A stretch of DNA of 48,140 nucleotides, the filler included, from Catajapyx aquilonaris (lineage: Eukaryota), in NCBI GenBank assembly GCA_000934665.2. It is 2 parts of 2 records of this genome, joined end to end, with 100 filler letters (N's around TTAATTAATTAA, not from the genome) between each part and the next. Parts side by side here need not be neighbours in the genome. Positions count along the whole stretch, not along the records: positions 1 to 24,023 come from KZ539378.1; positions 24,124 to 48,140 come from KZ539379.1. One strand, written 5' to 3'. Shown piece by piece: positions 22,360 to 33,082 of this stretch (position 1 is the stretch's first letter; each line of letters begins with the position of its first letter). The notes beneath the pieces are model-generated. The model was not told the DNA's origin. It worked only from the letters and a program-made list of their open reading frames with translations, and did no database searches. Position numbers and translations under genes: made by a program.

Positions 22360-23142
22360 TATATAGTTAATTCAAGGAATGATTCAATAGAAAACACCTT
22401 AAACGACTCTCCTGACCTTTGATACAGTGGTAATGTGCCTGGTTCACTTGTTGGTTGACCTTCATCTGAAGTAGGTTAGGTTTAATTAGACAATCGTTAA
22501 TTATGGCTTGTGATGCACACCAAGTGGTGATTTATACACTGGTTGCTTGTTCATTATTAATTATACAAGGGTTTGTCATAAAGGAGGGTTATCTTTTAAA
22601 TAAGGAAGTATAGGAAGTGCTATCATGATGGTGATATATTCAAGCACGCTTGTCGAACGTGGATGTGCATGCTTATGCATAGAAGTCTACTGTGCACCAT
22701 GTGGGTGTGGTGGCAGCACAATAAATCGCCTACCCCTCTGAAGTCACCTCCTGAGTCATGGCATCGCCATGTGTGTAGCTCTTGGTGGAGCTAAATTCTG
22801 CATATGGCTCAAGAAGACAGCCAGTGAGTCATGCTCCATTCTGACACAGGCATATGGAGAAGATGCACTGCCTGACAGTACGGCATGCTGTTGGTGTGAG
22901 ATGTTCAAGGAGGGTAGCGAATCCAGCTCCTGACAGAGGTGGCCATCAACACGACCTCATTTATTGTGCGGGAGGATCGCCATGTCACCTTGACTATCAT
23001 ATGGTGTGCACACAATTATGCAAGCCCACATGCATGTGAGGCTCTGGCAGGCGTTACAGGAGCTTCCTGTTTGTAGGTGCCAGGTGGATTCCGGACCATC
23101 CTTGAACATCTTAATCCTTCAGTAGAGACATGGATCTGAGCA

Positions 23143-23895
23143 ACGTAACTCGTGACATGGGGTCTTTTTTGACCCCAGGTGGTATTTTCACTATATTTTA
23201 CCTCCAATTCATGTGATTAAATTTTGAATGCCATTAAAAATAAGTTCACATAAATCTTAATGGGTAAATAATAAAACAGACAAATAAAAAGCATGTTTGA
23301 GTATTTAAAACTGCAAAAAAAAGCATGTTTGAGTATTTAAAACTGCAATGTGTATAGTTTATAGGTAGCTCAGCAACAACCTGCAGCGTTAAAAATTCCC
23401 GAATACACCTACCATGTAGAAGGTCTCAAATGACGAAAATTTTCCCTCGACATAAAATGACCTTCAATTCAAATTTTCATGAAAGCGCATATGTCTCAAA
23501 AACATAGTCTCCTTATGGCTTGTTTGCCTGGCATGGTAGCTGTTATGGGCAAACTGAAGTTGCAAATTCAAAAGTTGGTGAACAGAGGAAGATGCAATGA
23601 TCTTATGAATGAAATACTAGAAGAGGGTCATTTGAATACATGAATAGAAGAGTAATGAGGAATCCAAACGTAACTAGTGACATTGGGTCTATTTTGACCC
23701 CAGATGCACCCCACCGTGATTACAGCTGGTTTTTGAAGGCCCTGAATTTTCATTTCCAAAGACATTAACACGTCAGCAAAGGTATGTTTGAGGAATACAC
23801 AAAGGCATTTGGCTTTCAATTAATCAGTAACTTGACAATGTTAATTCTCGTAAGCTTGGGGTCAAAAAAAAAACCCCATGTTACTAGTTAAGGGT
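23143..23895. mobile_element. Degenerate piggyBac-like MITE ends: two left-type copies at about 23143 and 23668, one inverted copy at about 23857-23894
   Basis: GTAACT(C/A)GTGACAT(G/T)GGGTCT.TTTTGACCCCAG occurs twice; inverted TGGGGTCAAAAAAAAAACCCCATGTTACTAGTTAAGGG. Confidence 0.55.
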
Positions 23896-24023
23896 ACTGT
23901 CAGGCAAAGCGTCTTCTCCATACGCTTATTGTGAAGGTGGGATTAAAGGTCAAGAAGACGCAATCCAGCCAGGAGTGAAGAAATACTCTAGGAATGCAAA
24001 ACTTGCCACCGACACGCAGATAT

Positions 24024-24123
24024 NNNNNNNNNNNNNNNNNNNNNNNNNNNNNNNNNNNNNNNNNNNNTTAATTAATTAANNNNNNNNNNNNNNNNNNNNN
24101 NNNNNNNNNNNNNNNNNNNNNNN
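24024..24123. other. Artificial contig spacer (six-frame-stop linker)
   Basis: Exactly 44 N + TTAATTAATTAA (24068-24079) + 44 N = 100 bp. Confidence 0.9.
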
Positions 24124-26107
24124 GGACCTTTGAGCCCCATTTTTTACTATACGGTTTGCTTGTGGTCGAGTAGAGTCGCCTTCGAGTCTATTCGACCTTA
24201 GGGAATTTAGTGATTGGCGTTGTTTAGTGGGCGCTAGGTCCGAACTTTCTACTCCCAAAGTTCTGGCTGTAACGACCTGGGTCACCTGCATTTAAAAGTT
24301 TGTGGGAGGTCATCTGGGGGAACATGCTTCACATCCAACCTTCCATGATCTATTTTTAATTATTAGGTGAAACTATTTTTTCCTAATTAGATGTATGATT
24401 CAGAGGTGACTAATTACTGAACGAAACAGCTGTAGATACGAGGCACTAATTTCACCCCAGTTTAAACCATTCATGATTGTCTTCTTTTACAGCCACCTTT
24501 TTTTTCCTCCACTTGTTTTCATCGGAGAGCCGAAGTTGAGAGTCGTAAACCATTTTGTGGGTCGTCCCGGACCCGAAACTCTTGCGATAATTTCAGATTT
24601 CATAGAGTAAAAGGTTGACGTGAGGGGGGGGGGCTTAGGACCCCCAACGCAATTTCCCCCCCTTCTAGTCCCTCTACAACCCCCCTATGCTTTATGATCC
24701 AGAGTTGCCAAGCCCAAATTAGCGCCATAAACAATTAGCAGCTGACATATAAATTTATTTTATGGTGTTTCTCTAAATGGAGCGGATCGGGACAGGGGAG
24801 AGGGGGACGCCATGATTATTATATCCGGATAATGGAAACCCAAAGACACACATGCATATGTGCTGGGAATCAACAAGCAGAATCCTTATCCTGATATGTA
24901 GGTGACCAAAGTGGCTCTCATGTGTGACGGTTCGCATAGTAACCAGGGGCTGCTTTAAAACCCGGAGCCGAATTATTATCCCCAACAATCAGCAACAAAA
25001 TTTATTGGTCTATGTTCTTGGAACGATTTTGCCAAAAAAAACAGATCCCATATTGTTTTATGAGATTTCCCAGGAAGTACCTTGTGACTCATTCGACGAC
25101 TGGCATTTAAACAGCGGTTGGCGACTGCTAAATCACCCTTTAGTACCGGTCCTATAGCTGGAGCATCAGAAGGGGGGAAAAAAGCTATTGCCGGTTCTGC
25201 ATAATAATGGCAGACTGATAAAAAAAACAGTGTGATTTAACATTTATCACAAAAACTACATTCCAACAGTTTGCGCAAGGTTTTAGTACCTAAACTAGTT
25301 TCACTCTGTAATCTATGCAGTACAGTACACTGTTGAAATAACTAGGTCAAAACTCATTACATGTCCAACAAAAACCTGCGCCTTACAGTGTCTGTAATCG
25401 AATTTCTACGCCTCAGAACTATGCATAGCAACATATGGTAATATATTTTTTTCCACCTCATAAAAACGGCAAGCTTGGCATTCCAACAAGGGAATCTATC
25501 CCCTTTTCAACCTTACAGGGTGTGTCACAACTATAGTATGAACGGGGTCGAACCGGAGGAGGGTTAGAACCGAGATATGAGCTGGGGTTGGGTTTAGAGA
25601 TGAACCTGCCGCCACACTTTGCAGATTCCACCAGAACCACGCCCTCTCTACCCGCAGGCGTGGAGTCCTGACAGAAATTTGACAGACGAACGACGTCCAA
25701 GTGCTGCCGTTTCCTATCTCCCCTAGTGCCAACCCCCCTCTTTCCCGCCTACAGAATTGCCAGGAAATTGATCGGCAAAATCTCATACTCCCCCCCGCTT
25801 TCCCCCCCTTACTCCCCAAGCTGCAGTACTAAATACTGCACCACTTTGAAACATACCTATCCAAAAAAGATGGCTGACTGGATTAGTCTAATGATCAGGG
25901 ATTGACATGGACGTCTTAAGAGATGATCCTTAGGACACATTTGGCGAGTGCTGGGGGAGAAAGGCAAACAGGAAAAGCTCTTAGACTTTTTTTTCTTTTG
26001 AGAAGGGACAGCTGTCCTGGAGAATTGAAGTGGAAGAGGGGGGTACTTTTGCTAGGAAGTTGCAAGTGGCGCCCTCAATGCTTGGAGCGGTCGGGTTTGG
26101 AACTACT

Positions 26108-26295
26108 ATGAGTAAGGTAGCAGACCTGAAGCTCAAACTAGCCGTCCCAACTATAACTGAAAAACTAGTAAGGGTGAAAGTCGCCTGCATGTCCTGCACT
26201 GAGTCAGGGGGGGATTAGTGCAGGGCATGCACGCGATTTTCACCCTTACTGGTCTTGGAGGCTAGTTTGAGCTTCATGTCTGCTACCTTACTCAT
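26108..26295. mobile_element. 188-bp foldback MITE, unclassified
   Basis: ATGAGTAAGGTAGCAGAC.TGAAGCTCAAACTAGCC...AGTAAGGGTGAAA / TTTCACCCTTACT...GGCTAGTTTGAGCTTCA.GTCTGCTACCTTACTCAT; G-rich loop; no clear TSD. Confidence 0.85.
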
Positions 26296-27065
26296 TTCAC
26301 TGTACATCATTTGCTGGTACAAATAGGAAGCACAGGAGATGGTGCAGTTTCCGGGTATGTCTTAATCTAATCCCCAGAAGGGCGTTTCCCTTGGTAATGG
26401 TCGGGTAGGTAGGGGAAGGATGGGGATGCATCTTGCCACAGGAATTGAGTTGGAAATACGCAATTATTAGTTAATTGCGTCATTTACAGTGTGGGATCGA
26501 ATCAAGGGTGTCCGATAGTGGCCTGAGGGTATGGAGGAAAAGGAAGGTTGCTTACTTGCTTCAGGGGTTTTTGGGAAAGGCCAATATCTGCAGGTTTGGG
26601 GAGGTTGGGGAAAAAGGGGGGAGGAGGGAAAGCTCATAAATAGTGCCATAACCGCCTTTTGGCCCCGGGGTTCAATATTGGAAGCGGTCTTTGGCTTGCT
26701 CTAAAGGAGCGGATAAATCTTCAGGGTCCAATAGGCAGGTGGCAGCATTTTGGAGAAGAGAAGGGGGGAAGGTCTATGGTAACGTTTTCATTCTCTCTTT
26801 TCTTCTTCACTTTACAAGGAGTCAACTTGGACTCTTTGGCAATACTTCATCTAAGACATTCTAAGGGGGAAGGAAAATTTATCCTATCAATTTCGAAGAT
26901 GACGTTTCTGTTCGCGTACAAGTTTGCCCTCGTACGTTTTTAGTAGTTTATGTCACCTGTAGAGCAAAGTTACATGAGTCGCTAGTGGTCGTAATGGAGA
27001 CAATTTGTCATCTTTTTGGACACTCACTGCTCGTTTGGCGATAGGGTGTTCCAAAATAGAGGCAA

Positions 27066-27520
27066 GACCTCCGAGTGGATGACACCACGTACACGTATAG
27101 GTCATGCTCTGCGTAGATGACCCTCCGAGTGGATGACACCACGTACACGTATAGGTCATGCTCTGCGTAGATGACCCTCCGAGTGGATGACACCACGTAC
27201 ACGTATAGGTCATGCTCTGCGTAGATGACCCTCCGAGTGGATGACACCACGTACACGTATAGGTCATGCTCTGCGTAGATGACCCTCCGAGTGGATGACA
27301 CCACGTATACGTAGAAGTCCTGCTCTGAGTAGATGACCCTCCGATAGCATGACCTCTACTTATACGTGGTGTCATCCACTCGGAGGGTCATCCACTCAGA
27401 GTATGACCTCTACGTATAGGTGTCATCCACTCAGAGCATGACATCTACGTATAGGTGCATCTACTCAGAGCATGACCTCTACGTATAGGTGTCATCCACT
27501 CAGAGCATGACCTCTACTTT
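27066..27520. repeat. Minisatellite: ~5 copies of a 54-bp unit, then inverted ~35-bp derivatives
   Basis: CCGAGTGGATGACACC recurs at 27071, 27125, 27179, 27233 and 27287. From about 27345 the reverse-complement motif GGTGTCATCCACTC...AGCATGACCT repeats. Confidence 0.95.
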
Positions 27521-30036
27521 CCAGAAATACATGTCATTAATTATTATCATTACCGTTCAGACTACTGCCCGTGCATATTATTTAGGCTATTAATCAAGTC
27601 TTGCACATAATGAAGTTCTTTCCGATGTAACGACATACTTATAGCGGAAGCTGCGTATAAGCAACCGAAATCACCGGATTCACATCATGAGCCACTTGAG
27701 AAGCGAGCTTATCCCAAACAAAGTAGGCCTAATTCTGGAGCCCCTTGCACCATGCCAAATAAAGCCCCTTTCCATGTTCCTCTCACAGCAGAGCCTACAG
27801 TGAACTTGGGGACCTAGTAATAAATGAATTCTGATGCATGTGGAAGGTAGCATAATCTAGTTCAATCCCCCCTTCCCCATAGTACGTGCATAGAAAGACT
27901 ATAAAGGCAGCATCTTGTAGACAAATGGCGTCCGACTCTGCAAATTGCCAATTGAGTACAAGCTCCTGACGCTATCTGCATGAAATCGGCATCGTGGAAA
28001 GGAGGGGGGGGGGGGCAAAGGCTAAGTTATTTACCTTATAGTTGGGCGGAAGGCAACGTAATGAAGAAAAACGGGTGTGCTTTACCCTAGGATTCCTGCA
28101 AAGTCATTGCCTTGCTGGGTAAATATGCCAAGGCAAAGGAGGCTCGATTACCTTCTGGTGGAGACAGTGGAGAATTGTCTCCGAGAAACTCAGTATTTGC
28201 CTTCTGACATTTCCAAGGTAAAATTTTTGACCCGCACTATATGAATTTTTAATGCAAATTTGGCCCTTGGTAATGTTAGAAAATCCTATAACAAATCTGA
28301 AATCGAGAAGTTTCGCTCCGTCTCCGGCTATAAAAAAAACTCTCTGGGAAAGAGGTCTACTTTTAATTGAGTTGCTGATGACCAAGGGGTGTAATGGAGC
28401 CGTCACGTTGCCAAAATGGCTGCCAATTTCGAGGTTGGCGCCCCGGGGACATGCGGGACTGAAAAAAAAAATGGACGGGGAATAACCACCGTTTGTCAGA
28501 CATTTTACGGCCCAGTACGACGCAAATCACGGGTCAGAAAAACACATGCTGTTGATTAAACAACAGGGAACCGCGGGGCTCACAAAATTTACTGGAGTCA
28601 AAAAACGGAATTTAAAACATTAATGAAGCGTTTCGATATGAATTGCATAGGTATTATCTGCCGTTAATTCCGAATGCACGTGTTAACACCCCCCCTTTTC
28701 ATGTGTGAATAATGTATGTCGCATTATGTTGCATTCAATATGAAAGTTTAGATCAATAGCGCAATTTTATATTGTGAATAAATGCAGTTACGCGCAAACA
28801 CCTTGCGCAATGCTTCTTAAAGTGCTGTACAACCAGTTTAAAGGGACCGGGCGGAGAAGGAAAAGATAATGAGGTGGGATTAATTATTCTGGCAGGGATT
28901 AGTGAAGCTGAGCCTGGCTCCCAAGGAAGGCAAGAGAGAGCGACGTCTTCATTTGGAAGACTTTGGGTCTCCTTTGGCGTAGAATGTACTTGGAGAATCC
29001 GGGGGATAGTCTCCATTAAGAGCTCTGGAGCTGAGAGCCTTGGTTCCAAAAAATATAAACCCGGTTTTATACAAAAAAAAATATTAATTTCTAGGCACAT
29101 TGCGGATTCTTCTGTAGTGTCCCTCTTGATGTGTACAATGGTGATGGGGAAACGTGTGATCGAACGTGGGTTTGTGGTAAGGGCCTGCAGACACAGCCGG
29201 TTTTAAGCCCACGTCTCTCGCCTATTTTTTTGCAACGAATTTTCTGCCAGAACTGCATTTTTTTGGAAGCTTGACAGTCATTTACAGCGACATTGTTGGA
29301 GGGGGGGGGGGGGGNGGGGGGGGGGGGAAATGTCCGGAGCCACAAATGCTGACCAGCACAGTTTTGGCCTAAAATTTAACCAGCAACAATATTATATATA
29401 AAAGGCGAAGTTTGTCGATATGTTCCATTTCACTCTGCCCCTCTACCGTTAACTTTTTATTTATTTATTTATTTATTCAGATTTGTTTAGAGATGGCCTG
29501 TCATACACCTATTCCACGAAAGGGTAGCATTTATACCATAACCAGCTTAATGTGCAAAAATATGGCAAAATTTGGGCACGTCGCCATAATGGAGTTAGAG
29601 GCAAGCACCACCCCCTTCCTTACACCATCAGGAGCTTGTAAGGACAAGCTGGCGGGGTTAGCCGGAGAGGAGTAAATCATCCACGGAAGAGTAGCATCCG
29701 GACCATGTACCACGCTTTTCACTATCCCTTCCATCCCCCCCCCCCCCACTCTAACTTTGTGGGTGGTAAAGGAGGCAAGGTCTGCAGATTGAGTAGCGAG
29801 AATGAAACGAGAAGGAAGTGGGAAAAAGAAAAGTGGGGGCCTGGCAACCCCGGACGCCCTGGCCTATTCCGGAAAAAGCAATCACTGGAAATAGCAAAGT
29901 TTTGTTCTTTTTCTGCGGGCATGGAAGGAAGTAAGGGGAGGGATAGATAAGAAAGGAAGAAGATGAAAAGTAAGCTTTTACTACGGGACACCTATCGCTC
30001 AAAAAAATATGACAATATCGATTTTGTGCTGTTGCG

Positions 30037-30094
30037 GCGATTCCCTGGCGATTCCCTGGCGATTCCCCGGCGATTCCCCGGCGATTCCCCGGCG
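30037..30094. repeat. 11-bp tandem repeat GGCGATTCCC(T/C), ~5 copies
   Basis: Read directly from the sequence. Confidence 0.9.
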
Positions 30095-30765
30095 GATTGA
30101 ATATCATGGGGGAAAAAATGAGTATAAATTCATTAAACGCCATAATGGTTTGGGACAACCGGTGTGGGATTTGAATTGAAAGTGTGATGGCGCCACCGTT
30201 GCTATGCTGTCGAATGGCGATCCTTTGAGGACCCAACTTCCATCTCGTTATCTGACAAGCTTGGAGGAGGGAGGGATGGGGGGGGGGGGGGNGGGGGGAA
30301 AGAGAGAAAAAGCCTTTTCCTTGGGCTCTTGACAAAGTCCCTCCGCTTGTTAGTCCCAAGTCCTCCAGATCCTCCAGAGAGCCCACTCTCAGCTCCACAC
30401 ACTTGTCTCCCAATCATTTGCTCATTCATCAGTCCACTCCAATCACAACCGTTACTTTTACACTATCAATGTTTGGTTAAGACAATTCTAAAAAAAAGTA
30501 ATAGTTATTTTCACCATGTGCTGTAAGGCGATTGATGGTGCTTCCATGGTTCATTCCTCCATCTGACAGCTTCAATTTGGTAAACGCCTCGTTATTTGTC
30601 TCATTTCAGAGGGAGATTTCATCGAGAGGGGAAGAAACTTTGAGAGGGGATGAGAGTGGGGAAACTCTCATCCAAAGTTAGAGATTCCCCCCAATGGCAG
30701 ATCCAATGCTTGTCAGCGTTCAGGTCATTCCTAAATTAATGTGGGCATCGACTTTCAGCCCACTC

Positions 30766-30869
30766 GGAAACAGAGCCATCTAACGACAGCGTCATATCAG
30801 CTAGGAAACAGAGCCATCTAGGGACAGCATCATATCAGCTTGAAAACAGACCCATCTAGTGTCAGCGTC
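30766..30869. repeat. 38-bp tandem repeat, ~2.7 copies
   Basis: G(G/A)AAACAGA(G/C)CCATCTA at 30766, 30804 and 30842. Confidence 0.9.
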
Positions 30870-32896
30870 GGATGGATATTCTTATCATGCATTTTTTTTC
30901 CCAAAAGAGAAACTTTGTATTCTGAAGCATGCTCTGTCGCTATCACTCCAGTTCGTATATAGCCCTGCCAAATTCTGCCAACCAGAAAGGAGGACAGGCC
31001 GCATGGGATTTTCACAGTAATCTTGTTGCTGACCAGCTCCCGTCTTATCCATGGAACGCTGTCCAGCACCGGAGGGATGCGATACATCACTGGGGTTTAA
31101 AGGGGAACAAACTTTGCAGCTTCCCAAGTATATTCCAAGCCAATGTGGTGGGGATTTGCCTTGATGATAATGACCCCCCCAAGTAAATGGGGGGAAGTGG
31201 GATGGGTTCAAACTTAGCATCGATCCTATCGCCACCTCCCTGCGTCATTGATTATGAGGCAAATCCGGTGAATAATCATTAACCTCCCAGTTGCTGATTT
31301 AATCAAGGACCGGATTAGCAATGGAATTAAGACAACCGATGCTGATAAGCGCGAAACATTGCAATTAAGGCGGAACTATCAGTAGTTTTATATACGATAT
31401 TTCGTGTTTTTTATAGCCAATTTTTCAATTTAGCTAAATCCTACCCAGCTTTCTTTTTTATCCAGTTGGATAAAAAACAGAAAACGAAATTATGGAGGGG
31501 GAAATGGTGGAACTTATCGATATGGAGGAAAAGCCTTCCCACAGGAAGAATGTTGGTTCTGAATGTTACCTGAGGAAATTTACGTGCCCGCAATATCTGT
31601 GAGCTGAATGGAAAATGGCAGCCATTGAAAGGCGGCCTCAGGGCCAATTCTTTGTTCTTTTTTGGCGCGAAAATGGCGGCTGAATTTTCCTCTCATATTA
31701 AGATTTTTTTGGGAGGTGGAAATATTCACCTTCTTTAGTGAGCTTTATAAAAAAAACAGATTTTCAACACTCTCATCAGGCAGAATGGTGCTGCCTCTCG
31801 GTGGGAACAAAAACAAGTCATTAAGCACTCATTAAGGAGACACAGAGAAGGCGAGGCTCGTCCGGACCGGTGCCAAATGAATAGTCAACTGTATTTTTCA
31901 TTCGGTTGAAAGGGCCCCCCTGGATGGAAAAAATGAAAAAAAAAAATGCAGACGAAAAATGTAGCTGTTGTCAGTCCTATTAGTAGCATTGTGCAAAGTA
32001 GACGGTCGAGCTGAATTGCGATCATTATAGTGCTCGTTTTATCAGCGAGTCGCGAATAATATCGTACGGTTGGTCCGGAAAAAATGTTATTAAAGGTATG
32101 CTGTAGTTGAAGTTGACAATATTATTGCAAGAAAAGATTGATGAAAAATGACATGTTGCTATCAGCAATATTCGTCAGGAAACTGGTGTTAATTTGTAAA
32201 ATTGTGCTGACATCGCATGTTGCCTGAATAACAATGGGTTTTGGAGAAATAATGGCAATGTCCGGTTGCTCTTTAATTCCCAGGGATGATTAGCATGCTA
32301 GGTGTGTCCTCAACGAGCGGTGCAGGAAGCTGCGGTAATTTGCAAGAAACACTGTTGTGACAACTCTGAGTGGAGATGGCGTTTACTTCCGCATCCTCCT
32401 TTTAGAGTAATGATCTGGAAAATTAAAATGGAAGTAACGCTCCGTTCTACCAAATCGTGAGACGAATTTTGAAACGATTCTTGGTTTTGCTCTTCTCCTT
32501 CCCCTTCTTCCTCCGGATCCTCTATCTCCCACGAATACATTAAAAGGCCAACAATAAATCTTGCTCTCACATTAACACTTGATGATTATAAGCCTACTCC
32601 AAATTCCGCCAGATTAAAATCACCGCTTAATCACCTTATCGTAATTATGCTTCCATACTGCTGAGAGACCAATAGTCTCAAATTTGAAGATCGTCTCCCA
32701 ATGGTTGGCTGGAACGAAGCCACTTATTGTTATATCCCTCTTCTTTCCACCACCAGGCCATATTTTTTTCGTAGGAAATCGTAGGCCTATAGTTATCCTA
32801 TTATCTATGAAGGTATAAATTTCGAGCAGGCATTAGGTTGGCTCCAATTGTGTTAAATTAAGCTAATTCTTGCCAGACGACCTCAGTTGGGTCTTG

Positions 32897-33082
32897 GCTA
32901 GGCCTAGCCCACAAGGCCTAGCCCACTAGACTAGCCCACAAGGCATAGACCACTAGGCTAGCCCACAAGGCAGAGCCCACAAGGCCTAGCCCACTAGGCT
33001 AGCCCACAAGGCCTAGCCCACAAGGCCTAGCCCACAAGGCTAGCCCACAAGGCCTAGCCCACTAGGCCTAGCCCACTAGGCT
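32897..33082. repeat. 13-15-bp minisatellite GGCCTAGCCCAC(A/T)A
   Basis: About 13 degenerate tandem copies read directly. Confidence 0.95.

Noticed and set aside
26953..27375. Cys/His repeat protein or CRISPR-like array
   Set aside because: Units are contiguous with no unique spacers and no cas genes. The open frames follow from a stop-free 54-bp period, and there are no convincing splice signals.
32310..32570. Acidic minus-strand ORF (MYSWEIEDPEEEGEGEEQ...)
   Set aside because: Purine-rich low complexity, weak donor and no recognisable homology.
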